DNA of 32,000 nucleotides from Nitrososphaera viennensis EN76. GTDB taxonomy: Archaea > Thermoproteota > Nitrososphaeria > Nitrososphaerales > Nitrososphaeraceae. The notes below the pieces were generated by a model that saw only the letters and a list, made by a program, of their open reading frames with translations, was not told the origin of the DNA and ran no database searches. Both the position numbers and the translations under genes were made by a program. Every line of letters begins with the position of its first letter. The stretch's first letter is position 1. The stretch covers positions 540,001 to 572,000 of the forward strand of contig NZ_CP007536.1 of assembly GCF_000698785.1 (NCBI RefSeq), written 5' to 3'. Shown here piece after piece: positions 1 to 8,714 of this stretch.

Positions 1-456
1 CTTCCTTTTCTCGGCCTTCATCTCCCAGAGCGCCATCACGAGGTATGCGGCAAACATGCCGGCAAAGATGAATCCGTCGATATAGTCATAGCCGTCGAGA
101 AAGAGCGCCGCGCTCACCACCGCAGTCGCAAGCAGGAATATCTTGTCCAGCTTGAACGTCGACACGTCTATGCCCTTGAGCGGCGCCTTTGACAGGCGCG
201 TGGTTGCGACGATTAGCATGATTGCAAGGCCAAGCGTCATCATGAGCAGGTTGCTGCCAAGGCCGGCGCCGATTGCCGTGCCGTACGAGCCGGCCGCGGC
301 CGCATAGACCACGATGGCTATCTCGGGGAGAGTGGTTGCGACGCTCAAGAGGGTGCGCCCGACAAACTTGGCCCCGTACCTCATGGAGAGGTGCTCTGCG
401 CCGTACGACAGGACCCAGCTGGCAAGCGTGAGCTCGCCCAGCCACAGCAGCATCAT
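1..456 (-). CDS. Ca2+/cation antiporter (CaCA, NCX/YrbG-like) membrane protein; N-terminal half only, runs off the window start
   Basis: Absent from the supplied track because it has no in-window stop. I translated minus frame 456->1 by hand and found no stop; ATG ATG lies at 456..451. Product: MMLLWLGELTLASWVLSYGAEHLSMRYGAKFVGRTLLSVATTLPEIAIVVYAAAAGSYGTAIGAGLGSNLL...LDGYDYIDGFIFAGMFAAYLVMALW. The TTLPE and GxGxGSN alpha-repeat motifs and the DG..IDG segment match NCX-type exchangers. The listed ORF 86..445(-) is in another frame and looks like a shadow. Confidence 0.75.
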   Translation of the reverse strand, partial: MMLLWLGELTLASWVLSYGAEHLSMRYGAKFVGRTLLSVATTLPEIAIVVYAAAAGSYGTAIGAGLGSNLLMMTLGLAIMLIVATTRLSKAPLKGIDVSTFKLDKIFLLATAVVSAALFLDGYDYIDGFIFAGMFAAYLVMALWEMKAEKRK

Positions 457-514
457 GAGAAGGTTATTCTCTTCGGCCAACGAACAGTTTTCCTAATGAA
501 AGACGCAATATAAA

Positions 515-1363
515 TTACAGAGCGGTTTTCGCCGTTGCAAAGGTAAAGACGTACGGCGTGTCGTGCGCCTGCTCGGCGGTCCAGTGCGTCGGAAGGGTCA
601 CGACCTCGGCTACTTCCAGCCCATAGTCGCCTATCACCTTGCCCCACCCCCATTTTGAAAGGTCCCTTGCGTACTTGCGAAGCGAGTGGCTTCCCATGAA
701 CGCAAATCCCGCCGCCTGTTTGAGCTCCGGCACGGCAAGTATCCTTGCAATCGCGCTGTTTGCAAGCATCTCGCCCATCTCTGGGAGGCCGGAGATAAAG
801 AACACCGGCCGGACGAGGCCGAGCGAATGGTAGTCAAATTTCGTCGCGTCGGCGCCCCTTGCGCAGAATTCCACGCCAGTCGCGGAGGCGATCTGCTCCT
901 GCAGCATCACGAGGTTTTCATCTATCTCTATCCCGTGAGCCCCAAGCCCGGCAATCTTGGCACAGTAGGCGATCCTGCCGTCGCCGGAGCCAATGTCCAC
1001 CACCTGCCCAAAGCCAAGCCTCCTTGAGGCAAGGGCAAGCGCGTACGCCGACAGTATCCACGTCGGGTAGAACGGCTGGTAGCCCGAGTCGTGCTTGATG
1101 CTTCCAAGCCAGTACTCGTTGATGTCGCCCTCGTACACCCTGCACGGGACGCCGAGGAATTGCGAGTCGTGCCACTTGTAGTATATCGGGTTGTTTCGTG
1201 CAAAATCATGAAGGGCGGCAAGCGCGCCTTGCTCAATAGGCAAGAATCCCGAGGTCTCAAGCGGTATCGCCTCGTGCATGGGGCTTGTGCCCTTGAAGTT
1301 CCTGGCAAAATCGGCCTTGAGCCTCACTATGCCTTCTGCAAGCGCGTCGTTGTTTGCCATCAT
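515..1363 (-). CDS. class I SAM-dependent methyltransferase
   Basis: Track ORF 515..1546(-). I trimmed the start to ATG ATG at 1363..1358 (MMANNDALAEG...). The upstream 61 codons are Arg/Gly/His-rich and overlap the upstream zinc-ribbon ORF. AdoMet motif I is VVDIGSGDGRIA, followed by the acidic HGIEID. Confidence 0.65.
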   Translation of the reverse strand: MMANNDALAEGIVRLKADFARNFKGTSPMHEAIPLETSGFLPIEQGALAALHDFARNNPIYYKWHDSQFLGVPCRVYEGDINEYWLGSIKHDSGYQPFYPTWILSAYALALASRRLGFGQVVDIGSGDGRIAYCAKIAGLGAHGIEIDENLVMLQEQIASATGVEFCARGADATKFDYHSLGLVRPVFFISGLPEMGEMLANSAIARILAVPELKQAAGFAFMGSHSLRKYARDLSKWGWGKVIGDYGLEVAEVVTLPTHWTAEQAHDTPYVFTFATAKTAL

Positions 1364-1365
1364 GA

Positions 1366-1614
1366 TCAGTACACAGACTCCGCGCTGGGCCGCAGGCCGC
1401 GCTTGAAGCTCCTGTGGCCGCATTCTCTGCACCTGTAGAGCCGCCGGCGCTTGTAGGTGTATATCGCGTCCGGCTCCTCGATGACCTCGTGTGCCGTGCG
1501 GTTCATGCACCGGTCGCAAAAGCGACGCTCTTCCTGCTGCACGCACACAGTTGCGCCCTGCTGTAATTTTAATACATACGCATGTAGGTGCGTGCGTGTG
1601 CGTGCTAACGGCAC
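1366..1614 (-). CDS. small zinc-ribbon protein (two CxxC knuckles); start uncertain
   Basis: 82-aa track ORF ending 2 nt before the methyltransferase start, so operon-like. FCDRC...YRCRECGH gives CxxC...CxxC. The N-terminal ~20 codons are doubtful. A GTG (VCVQQEE) downstream of an ATTAAAATTA TATA-like box is an alternative start. Confidence 0.4.
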   Translation of the reverse strand: MPLARTRTHLHAYVLKLQQGATVCVQQEERRFCDRCMNRTAHEVIEEPDAIYTYKRRRLYRCRECGHRSFKRGLRPSAESVY

Positions 1615-1699
1615 ATATACAAGATTTTATGCCAAAAAATAGAGACCTGGAAACGAAATAAAAAGGAAAGAGAAAGAAAGAGAGAGTGATGGGTTGTTG

Positions 1700-1906
1700 C
1701 TACTTTACCTCTTCCTTGGCCTTGTTGATACCGGCCTTGGCGGCGTCGCCGGCCTTTTGTCCCGTTTCTGCAGCCTTTTCTGTCGCCTCTTTTCCCATGT
1801 CAGCGGCCTTGTCCATTCCCTTGTTGACCGCCTCCGCGGCCTTGTCCGCACCCTCTTTGATCTTTTTCTCTGTCTCTTTCTTGGCATCCTCGATAAAACT
1901 CATCAC
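1700..1906 (-). CDS. small hydrophilic Lys/Ala/Glu-rich protein (LEA-/CsbD-like stress-protein look-alike)
   Basis: 68 aa: MMSFIEDAKKETEKKIKEGADKAAEAVNKGMDKAADMGKEATEKAAETGQKAGDAAKAGINKAKEEVK, with roughly 11-residue amphipathic periodicity. The opposite-strand ORFs (1686..1967, 1694..1933) are Leu/Ser-rich shadows. TAAAATAAT TATA-like box lies ~25 nt upstream, and a T-rich tract lies downstream on the coding strand. Confidence 0.5.
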   Translation of the reverse strand: MMSFIEDAKKETEKKIKEGADKAAEAVNKGMDKAADMGKEATEKAAETGQKAGDAAKAGINKAKEEVK

Positions 1907-2233
1907 ACAATATGCGGATGCGCATTATTTTAGAAAGCAGCCCACGAACAATCCAAGACGAGGTTAGTATGTGAGAATTTCCGCGAGAGATTTGCCGTTT
2001 ATCGCCATTACGAATCGTTGCCGAGCTATCCAGATTTTTACTGATATCTTTCATATAGCATACGGGTGGGGTGGGTGTCCCATGACCAGAAACAAGCCGG
2101 CGATGTCATGAACAATTGCTGCGCAGGTCTTGTACCCCGTCCATAGATCATGCGGCAAATCGGAATTTCGCGGCAGCTCTATATTGAAATTTTAATATGG
2201 GCATTTGGAAAAAACAAGGAAAAGAAGAATAAG

Positions 2234-2779
2234 ATGGCGACGGTATACACGGAGCTTTTCCAGAAGGAATGCGAGAACAGGTTTGGAATAACCCGCGACC
2301 TTGTACGCGACGCCATTTTGCACCCGGACAAGGAGCAGCGCCTCGCGTCGCAGGGGCTGACCCTGATCCTGTACAGCAAAAAGATCCCCGGCTCTGAAGA
2401 CTACCTCGTCGTCAGCACGCACGTGCAGGGCCAGGACCTCATGGTCGACCTTGCCTTCCGGCTGAAAAAAGGTCTGGTCGATGAGGCGAAAACCACGCTC
2501 CCCTTCCCGCTCTTGCAGGCCCTTGCGCTCCAGTTCGGCCTGCCAGTCAAGATAGGAGACAGGGAGGGCAAGTTTGTCTACAACGAGATAATACCGACGA
2601 CAAGCCGCGACATCAAAAAAGTGCTCCGCATAAGCAACCCCGACGGCAGGCCGCTCGTCTCGTCCATGTGGGTGCGGATGCTACAGAACAACATGGGCTT
2701 TCTTGCCCAGTGCGCGCTCGTCTTTTGCATCGACTCGCAGGCCTATACCTCGTGGCTTGAAGAGAAGAAGCAACAATAG
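2234..2779 (+). CDS. hypothetical protein (181 aa)
   Basis: Track ORF 2150..2779, trimmed to ATG 2234 (MATVYTELFQKECENRF...). TTTAATAT lies at 2191-2198, ~36 nt upstream. Composition is backbone-like. I recognise no motif. Confidence 0.55.
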   Translation: MATVYTELFQKECENRFGITRDLVRDAILHPDKEQRLASQGLTLILYSKKIPGSEDYLVVSTHVQGQDLMVDLAFRLKKGLVDEAKTTLPFPLLQALALQFGLPVKIGDREGKFVYNEIIPTTSRDIKKVLRISNPDGRPLVSSMWVRMLQNNMGFLAQCALVFCIDSQAYTSWLEEKKQQ

Positions 2780-2900
2780 AGAAAACAGGTAAGATAATTA
2801 CAACACTGCGCTAACTGTACAGGTTATGTACGAGTTGCAGGTAATACCAGAATAAATCCTAAAACCAAAGTTATTCGAAGACGACACGGTAAAAACTGCT

Positions 2901-3116
2901 TTGGTCGAATCCAGCAATTCAAAGGAAGAGAGAAAACGCAAGAGAAGAGCCGCATGGGCCTACATAGTCGGGCTGTTTGCAGTCGTCTTTATGTGGCGGT
3001 CGATCTGGGATTGGTCGGAGATGTACTTCTCGTCTATGGGAAGTTTTATCGTGGGCCTGGCCCTGGTAGGCATCGTCGCAGTGTTGCAGAGAGACCACGT
3101 CAAGGACCTGTTCTGA
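2901..3116 (+). CDS. small two-TM membrane protein; TTG start
   Basis: 71 aa. A basic N-terminus (KEERKRKRR) precedes two hydrophobic helices (AAWAYIVGLFAVVFMW, MGSFIVGLALVGIVAVL). The start codon at 2901 is TTG. Confidence 0.35.
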   Translation: MVESSNSKEERKRKRRAAWAYIVGLFAVVFMWRSIWDWSEMYFSSMGSFIVGLALVGIVAVLQRDHVKDLF

Positions 3117-3337
3117 CAGGTTTTTCATACACACACAAGCGCCAAAGAGAGAGAGTCTTGTTATCAGAAGGTTTGAAAAAAATAATGACAGCGTGGCTTG
3201 ATAACTCTGGAAATCCCGACCCCGGCTCAATAGGCCTTCCGTACGGAGAATTCACGGCCACGACAGCAGCCGCCGGCAAGAGCTCTTTTGCCTGCCCAAG
3301 CTGCGAATGAAGTACCTTTTTATACTACCATTGACGA

Positions 3338-3520
3338 ATGCATTGCGTGCGTGAAGCCGAGCTACTGCAGATGCACTGGGACATTGTCAAGCTTCTGTCG
3401 CTTGGCGTCGACGAAAAGTTCCTTCAGGAATCCAATATCACGCCCGAGCAGGCAAGAGACCTAGTAAAGGGGCTCCTGTATCTCCGCGAAAGGTATGCCG
3501 ACAGAATAATCAACCAATAG
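3338..3520 (+). CDS. small hypothetical protein (60 aa)
   Basis: ATG at 3338 preceded by TTTTTATAC at ~3317-3325. The product looks helical and non-repetitive. No recognisable family. Confidence 0.35.
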   Translation: MHCVREAELLQMHWDIVKLLSLGVDEKFLQESNITPEQARDLVKGLLYLRERYADRIINQ

Positions 3521-3567
3521 TAGTCAATTTTTAATTTTCAAGAAAAAAGTAAGAAAAGAAAGAGATC
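3521..3567. terminator. bidirectional T-rich terminator region between convergent genes
   Basis: The plus strand reads TCAATTTTTAATTTTC after the 3338..3520 stop. The minus strand reads CTCTTTCTTTTCTTACTTTTTTCTT after the sucD stop. Oligo-T tracts are the usual archaeal termination signal. Confidence 0.4.
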
Positions 3568-4503
3568 TTACTTGCGCATTTTTTGCGCAAGCAGTTCCGG
3601 CACTTCTCCGGGGCGCTTTGCCACAGGCACGCCTGCCTTGGCGTAGTTTGACACCTTGGAGTCGGCAGAGCCATAATTCCCGTAGACGATTGCGCCTGCG
3701 TGGCCCATCCTCTTTTCCTTCGGCGCGGCCCTTCCTGCAATGTATGCCACGACCGGCTTGGAAAATGACGTCTTGATAATATACTCGGCAAGCTGCTCCT
3801 CTGCGTCCCCGCCTATCTCGCCGACCACCACCACAGAGTCAACGTCCTGCCTGTCGCGTATCAGATCAAACGCCTCTATCAGGTTGGTGCCGTTGATTGG
3901 ATCGCCCCCGATGCCAAGCGCAAGCCTCTGCCCAAAGCCCCTGTTTGTCAGGTTGAAGGAGCACTCGTACATCAGCGTGCCGCTCCTTGAAAACACGACG
4001 GTGTTGCCCGCCTTGAACGGCTGCGCAGGCATGATGCCCACCTTCATCACCTCCGGCACGATGACGCCGGGGGTGTTCGGGCCCACCATCCTTGCGCCCT
4101 TGCTCCGGGCGTATTCGAGAACCTTTATCGAGTCGCGCACCGGGACGTGTTCGGGTATTGCGACGAGCAGCTTCACGCCTGCGTCAAGCGCCTCAATGGC
4201 GGCTCCAAGGAAGAACTGCGCCGGGACGAAGATGCCGGAGATCTTGGCGCCCGTTGCCTTGACCGCGTCGGCCATGTTGCTGTAGATGGGTATGCCCTCA
4301 AACGTCTGGCCGCCCTTGCCCGGAGTGACGCCTGCCGCCACGTTGGTGCCGTACGCCTTCATGAGGCGCGTGTGCGTTGAGCCGTAGCTTCCAGTAATCC
4401 CTTGGATCACGACCGGCTTTTTGCCATAGTCGCTGTCGCCCTTTTCGCCGACGAGTATGTCAAAGATGTTGAATTTCTTCTTATTTTCTTCCATGACTGT
4501 CAT
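3568..4503 (-). CDS. sucD: succinyl-CoA synthetase (ADP-forming), alpha subunit
   Basis: 311 aa. [35 protein letters not shown], the phosphohistidine loop MGHAGAIV and GEIGGDAEE are all characteristic. It sits 16 nt downstream of sucC. Confidence 0.95.
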   Translation of the reverse strand: MTVMEENKKKFNIFDILVGEKGDSDYGKKPVVIQGITGSYGSTHTRLMKAYGTNVAAGVTPGKGGQTFEGIPIYSNMADAVKATGAKISGIFVPAQFFLGAAIEALDAGVKLLVAIPEHVPVRDSIKVLEYARSKGARMVGPNTPGVIVPEVMKVGIMPAQPFKAGNTVVFSRSGTLMYECSFNLTNRGFGQRLALGIGGDPINGTNLIEAFDLIRDRQDVDSVVVVGEIGGDAEEQLAEYIIKTSFSKPVVAYIAGRAAPKEKRMGHAGAIVYGNYGSADSKVSNYAKAGVPVAKRPGEVPELLAQKMRK

Positions 4504-4519
4504 TAACCATGATCACCTA

Positions 4520-5632
4520 CTAGTTTCCCTTGCCCACCGCCGCTACTGCGGCCTGTATGGCTTCTTCGACCGTCGGATAGAGTTTTGCCTTGCTCCCGTT
4601 GAGCATCTGCCTTGCCTTTTCCGACTCGGCCCCGGAGATCCTTGCAAACACCGGCACGGCGATGATGTTGTTCTTGTACGCGTCGAGTATTGCCTGCGCC
4701 ACAAGGTCGGTCCTGACAATACCTCCAAAGAGGTTGACAAGGATCGCCTGCACTCGCTTTATCTTGCTGATGACCGTGAGCGCCTCGTAGATCGTCTCGG
4801 TGGTGGCGCGGCCTCCAAAGTCAAGGAAGGTGCCTGCCTTTCCGCCCGCGTCAGAGACAAGGTCCAGGGTCGACATGACCAGGCCCGCGCCGTTTCCAAT
4901 GATTGCGACGTTGCCGTCAAGTTCCACGAGCGAAAAGCCATTCTCCTCCGCCTGCTTTTCAAGCTCGGAGACATGCTCGTACTTCTTTAATTCAGGGTGG
5001 CGGAACATGGCGTTGTCGTCGATTATCACCTTGGCGTCGAGCGCAAGCATCGAGCCGTCGCCAAGTATTGCGACCGGGTTTATCTCGGCAAGCTCGGCCT
5101 CTTTTTCGCCGGCCATCTTTGACAGTTTCGTTGCAAGGTCGACAAACGCGACTGCGGCGTTGCCTGCCAGTCCCAGCCTGCCGGCCGTGTCCTCTGCCAC
5201 CTGCGGGCTGATGCCCTCTATCGGGACGTCGACTACGACCTTGTTGCCGGTGCTTTCGATCTCGACCCCGCCCTCTGCGGATGCGATGAGCGAGTAGCAG
5301 CGCTTGCTCCTGTTCAGGAACAGTGATAGATACAGTTCTTTCTTGATGTCGGCCATCTCTTCAAGAAGTATCCCGCGTGGAAGCTCGCCCTTGACCTCCT
5401 TGTGCACAAGCTCTGAGAATTTCGGCTCCAGCTCGGCCTCCGTCCTGCACTTGAGGATGGCGCCGGCCTTGCCCCTGCCCCCCACCGTAAGTTGCGACTT
5501 TAGCACAAACGGATAGCCGAGTTTCTTTGCCCCCTCCTTGGCCTCGCTCAAGCTGTTTGCCAAGTGCGAACGGGGTATCCTTATCCCGTATTGATCAAAC
5601 AGCTCCTTGCCCTGATATTCCAGTAACCGCAT
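4520..5632 (-). CDS. sucC: succinyl-CoA synthetase, beta subunit (ATP-grasp)
   Basis: 370 aa. MRLLEYQGKELFDQYGIRIP, VLKSQLTVGGRGKAGAI, and C-terminal NLFGGIVRTDLVA. Confidence 0.95.
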   Translation of the reverse strand: MRLLEYQGKELFDQYGIRIPRSHLANSLSEAKEGAKKLGYPFVLKSQLTVGGRGKAGAILKCRTEAELEPKFSELVHKEVKGELPRGILLEEMADIKKELYLSLFLNRSKRCYSLIASAEGGVEIESTGNKVVVDVPIEGISPQVAEDTAGRLGLAGNAAVAFVDLATKLSKMAGEKEAELAEINPVAILGDGSMLALDAKVIIDDNAMFRHPELKKYEHVSELEKQAEENGFSLVELDGNVAIIGNGAGLVMSTLDLVSDAGGKAGTFLDFGGRATTETIYEALTVISKIKRVQAILVNLFGGIVRTDLVAQAILDAYKNNIIAVPVFARISGAESEKARQMLNGSKAKLYPTVEEAIQAAVAAVGKGN

Positions 5633-5656
5633 AGATAATGAGGTCAGCGATTTCCG

Positions 5657-5668
5657 TTATTTATAATT
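5657..5668 (-). promoter_or_regulatory. TATA-like box upstream of sucC
   Basis: The minus strand reads AATTATAAATAA, centred ~30 nt upstream of the sucC ATG (5632). This implies a very short leader. Confidence 0.35.
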
Positions 5669-5731
5669 CTACTTTGCACTTGATGTTGCAGAATAAACAC
5701 CAAAGGCAACTGTCTGCATTGTTGTGAAGAT

Positions 5732-7021
5732 CTATTTTGCCAGCTTTGCCCCGGGTCTTTGCACAATCCTGCTTATCGCAAGGTAGGCAAGCGAGGCGGC
5801 TGCAAGGCTTGGGATGGTGGCGCCTATTGCAGGCATCGACGGCACGTACAGGGGCGAAAGGGGCGACATGACAAAGTTGAGCAGCGCGCCAAGCGCCCAC
5901 GCAGCTATTGCGGGCCAGGCGACACCTTTTTTGTTGCCAAACATCATGCCCTCGGTGTATTTCTGGCGTTTGACAAGATAATAGTCGGTCAGCACCACGC
6001 CAAAGAGCGGCACGAATATTGCGCCTATCAGGAGCAGGAACGTTTCATAGTCCTGTATCGTGACGACCATTGCAAGTATGGTAGAGAACGCGGCAAACCC
6101 GATTATCAGGTGCTTTTGCGACAGGTGCGGAAAGATGTTCTGCACCGACACGGCGGCAGAGTACAGGTCGGCAAACGCGTTGTCTGCCTCGTCGACGAGC
6201 AGCAAGAGCATCAAAAACCCAAAGAATATCGCCTGCATGGCCACTATTATCGCAAGCACGTCAAACGTGCCAAGGAGCACGCCCCCAAAGTAGAACATCA
6301 TGTTTGTGAGCGCAAAGCCGGCAAGCGTGGCCCAGAACGCGGTCCTGCTCTTTTTCGCAAACCGGTTGTAGTCTGCGACAAGGGGCATCCACGATATGGG
6401 CATCGCTATCACGAGGTCAAGCGCGGTGAAAAAAGACATGCCCTTGCCCGGCGACGTGATGATGTCCTGCGCGCCAGGCGACATCAAAAGGGTTGCTATG
6501 ATTATGGCAGACGTGCCGTAGGCTATCCACACGGCAAACTTGCCAAGCCACTGCCGCGCCACGGCAAGCGGGCCGGCGATTCCAAGCAGCGCAACCACCG
6601 TCCCGAATATGGCGGCAAGCACAGGGTACGGGATTGTGTTGCCGGAAAGGAGCGCTGCTGCGCGCGCCATTATCATTATCTCAAACGTGGTCCAGCCCAC
6701 AAGCTGCATCACGTTGAGGACAGCCGGCAGGTACGAGCCTCGTATGCCAAAGGCAGGGCGCATGCTCACAAGCGACGTCACTCCGTGGTCGCTTCCGATC
6801 TTGCCGGCAAGCGCAAGCAGCATAGACCCGCCGGCAGAGCCGACGACTATGGCAAGCGTCGCGTCAAGAAAGCTTGCCTCTGACAGGAACGAGCCGGCGG
6901 AAAGCACGAGCAGGCCGACCCCAAGGCTGGACCAGAGGATGAAATAGTCAGGGCCGCCTAGCTTGCGGCCTTTTTCTGGCACAGGGGTTATGCCCCACTC
7001 CGGCGCCCTGATTATCGCCAT
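5732..7021 (-). CDS. NCS1-family (purine/cytosine/pyrimidine-type) permease; CytX-like candidate hydroxymethylpyrimidine transporter
   Basis: 429 aa, about 12 TM. The N-terminus WGITPVPEKGRKLGGPDYFILWSSLGVGLL is typical of CodB/NCS1 permeases. It lies 31 nt downstream of thiC on the same strand. The 374-aa plus-strand ORF 5759..6883 is an Arg/His-rich shadow. Confidence 0.75.
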   Translation of the reverse strand: MAIIRAPEWGITPVPEKGRKLGGPDYFILWSSLGVGLLVLSAGSFLSEASFLDATLAIVVGSAGGSMLLALAGKIGSDHGVTSLVSMRPAFGIRGSYLPAVLNVMQLVGWTTFEIMIMARAAALLSGNTIPYPVLAAIFGTVVALLGIAGPLAVARQWLGKFAVWIAYGTSAIIIATLLMSPGAQDIITSPGKGMSFFTALDLVIAMPISWMPLVADYNRFAKKSRTAFWATLAGFALTNMMFYFGGVLLGTFDVLAIIVAMQAIFFGFLMLLLLVDEADNAFADLYSAAVSVQNIFPHLSQKHLIIGFAAFSTILAMVVTIQDYETFLLLIGAIFVPLFGVVLTDYYLVKRQKYTEGMMFGNKKGVAWPAIAAWALGALLNFVMSPLSPLYVPSMPAIGATIPSLAAASLAYLAISRIVQRPGAKLAK

Positions 7022-7052
7022 GTAAATGGGTGCGTGCGGCCGGAATTAAATG

Positions 7053-8411
7053 CTATTGCATGCTGCTTGGCGTGCTTGCGGCAGCAGCAGCAGGAGCCGA
7101 TTCTTCTTCATCTGCCCGGGGCTTTCTCTGCTGCGGGAGCATTATGTACACGCACGCCGAGCCGCACATCGTGCACGGTACGTTGTTGCCTTCATGCTGC
7201 CCTCCGCGATAGTGTATGCGCTCTGCCTCCTCCGGGTTTATCGAAAGCGCGATCTGCTTTTCCCAGTTGAGCGTGCGCCTTGCCTCCGTTATTGCGGCGT
7301 CCCATTTTATAGCCCGCTCCCTTATCTTGACAAGGTCGCCGGCGTGCGCAGCTATCCTGTAGGCTATCAGGCCCTCTTTTACCTCCTCTGCCGTGGGCAG
7401 GCCGAGGTGCTCTGCTGGCGTAAGGTAGCACAAAAGGTCGACCCCTTCCGCCGCGGAAACAGCGGCGCCTATCGCGCTTGCGATGTGGTCATAGCCGGCA
7501 GCAATATCAGTCACGAGCGGACCCAGGACGTAGTACGGGATGTCGCCTATGAGCGACTTGGCAAGCCTGACGTTTGCGGCCACCTCGTTCAGGGGCACGT
7601 GGCCGGGGCCTTCGATCATGACCTGCACGTCCTTGGCGTGCGCCCTCTTGGCAAGCCTTGCCACGTTTATCATCTCTGCCACCTGGAGTTCGTCGTGCGC
7701 GTCAAGTATCGAGCCGGGCCGGAGCGCGTCGCCGAGGCTGAACGTGACATCGTACTTTCTCGCTATCTCGCAGAGGTAGTCAAAGTGCTGGAAGTAGGGG
7801 TTTTCCTTTTCGTACTTCAGCATCCACGCGGCGGTTATCGTTCCGCCCTTTGAGACGATGCCTCCGTGCCTCTGCACTTCAATGACGCGCTTGGCAAGCT
7901 CGTTTGTGATGCCAGAGTGGATGGTGGTATAGTCCACGCCGTCCCGGGCGTTCTTTTCAAAGGCGTCAAGAAAGTCGTCCTCGGTTATGTTGAGCGGGTT
8001 CTTGAATTTCTCCACTCCATGCCAGTACGCCTGGTACACGGGGACGGTGCCAAAGGTTATTGGCGCGGCTTCAAGGAGCGTCTTTCTTATCAGGTTCAGG
8101 TCGCCCCCGTCAGAGAGGTCCATTATTGTGTCTGCGCCGTGCTTGACTGCGACCTTGGCCTTGGACACCTCTTCGTCAAGGTCCTGGTGCAGCGTGGAGG
8201 TGCCGATGTTGACGTTCACCTTTGTCTTTAGGCCGCGGCCTATCCCGGCCACCTTGATCTTTTGCGGCCTTGCGTTGTTCTTTGGTATGATTATCGAGCC
8301 GCTTGCAACGCCTCTGACTATGAAATCAAGACTGACGCCCTCGTCCTGCGCCACCTGCTTCATCTCCTCGGTCGGAACGCCGCGCCGGGCACTGTTCATC
8401 TGTGTAGGCAT
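7053..8411 (-). CDS. thiC: phosphomethylpyrimidine synthase ThiC (radical SAM)
   Basis: Track ORF 7053..8438 starts at a GTG. I prefer ATG 8411 (MPTQMNSARRGVPTEEM) because the TATA-like box at 8446-8455 is too close to 8438. Conserved blocks are VNVNIGTS, GADTIMDLS, GIVSKGG and MIEGPGHVPL, plus the C-terminal CTMCGSAC Fe-S motif. The Ala-rich acidic tail is unusual but in frame. Confidence 0.95.
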   Translation of the reverse strand: MPTQMNSARRGVPTEEMKQVAQDEGVSLDFIVRGVASGSIIIPKNNARPQKIKVAGIGRGLKTKVNVNIGTSTLHQDLDEEVSKAKVAVKHGADTIMDLSDGGDLNLIRKTLLEAAPITFGTVPVYQAYWHGVEKFKNPLNITEDDFLDAFEKNARDGVDYTTIHSGITNELAKRVIEVQRHGGIVSKGGTITAAWMLKYEKENPYFQHFDYLCEIARKYDVTFSLGDALRPGSILDAHDELQVAEMINVARLAKRAHAKDVQVMIEGPGHVPLNEVAANVRLAKSLIGDIPYYVLGPLVTDIAAGYDHIASAIGAAVSAAEGVDLLCYLTPAEHLGLPTAEEVKEGLIAYRIAAHAGDLVKIRERAIKWDAAITEARRTLNWEKQIALSINPEEAERIHYRGGQHEGNNVPCTMCGSACVYIMLPQQRKPRADEEESAPAAAAASTPSSMQ

Positions 8412-8445
8412 ATTGTTAGAATCAGAAAAAATACACACAGTGACA

Positions 8446-8455
8446 GGATATAAAG
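8446..8455 (-). promoter_or_regulatory. TATA-like box upstream of thiC
   Basis: The minus strand reads CTTTATATCC, ~35-45 nt upstream of ATG 8411. Confidence 0.35.
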
Positions 8456-8564
8456 AATGTTCTACTTTTGGGAAGGCCGAGTTTGTCTAAACAAAATTTA
8501 GCTTGCTGCTCTAAACTAGCTTGCTACGTGGATTAACAGAAATCCCTGAAAATACGGCACATAC

Positions 8565-8714
8565 ATGCAGGCGACAGCAACAACAGTAGAGGAGCAGCAG
8601 CAAGAGCGGACGGTGTTTTGCGAGACCCACAGCAAGAAATGCAGGTTTGCGCCGCCAGGGGCAAAGTGCGCCTGCTGCGGCAAGCGCGTCTGCCTGTGCA
8701 ATTACGTGCTGTGA
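8565..8714 (+). CDS. candidate 49-aa Cys-rich (zinc-finger-like) small protein
   Basis: Below the track cutoff; hand translation gives MQATATTVEEQQQERTVFCETHSKKCRFAPPGAKCACCGKRVCLCNYVL. It has eight Cys plus one His in 27 residues and is divergent from thiC. No clear promoter. It overlaps the minus-strand shadow ORFs 8516..8701 and 8533..8733. Confidence 0.3.
   Translation: MQATATTVEEQQQERTVFCETHSKKCRFAPPGAKCACCGKRVCLCNYVL

Noticed and set aside
86-445. 119-aa minus-strand ORF from the track
   Set aside because: It is Arg/His/Gly-rich junk in a different frame from the hand-translated CaCA antiporter frame (1..456), which has clear family motifs.
1364-1546. N-terminal extensions of track ORFs (515..1546; also 2150-2233, 8412-8438, 9396-9485, 24834-25088, 25321-25434)
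   Set aside because: The extensions have junk-like composition, overlap neighbouring genes or TATA-like boxes, and precede an internal ATG that aligns with the conserved family N-terminus.
2064-2077. G-run GGGTGGGGTGGGTG as a G-quadruplex
   Set aside because: It has only three G-tracts. A fourth is missing within a reasonable loop distance.
5759-6883. 374-aa plus-strand ORF antisense to the permease; similar cases are 7050..7853, 9722..10252, 11562..12236, 22437..23342 and 30079..30975
   Set aside because: These are long shadow ORFs typical of GC-rich DNA. Their products are Arg/His/Lys- or Ser/Ala-rich with no motifs, while the opposite strand encodes proteins with strong family signatures.
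8412-8560. Possible TPP riboswitch upstream of thiC (and at 9306-9485 upstream of thiDN)
   Set aside because: I could not find the conserved CUGAGA / ACCUGAUCUGGAUAAUGCCAGCG-type core on the relevant strand. The TATA-like box leaves only a ~15-30-nt leader for thiC. A covariance-model scan would be decisive.
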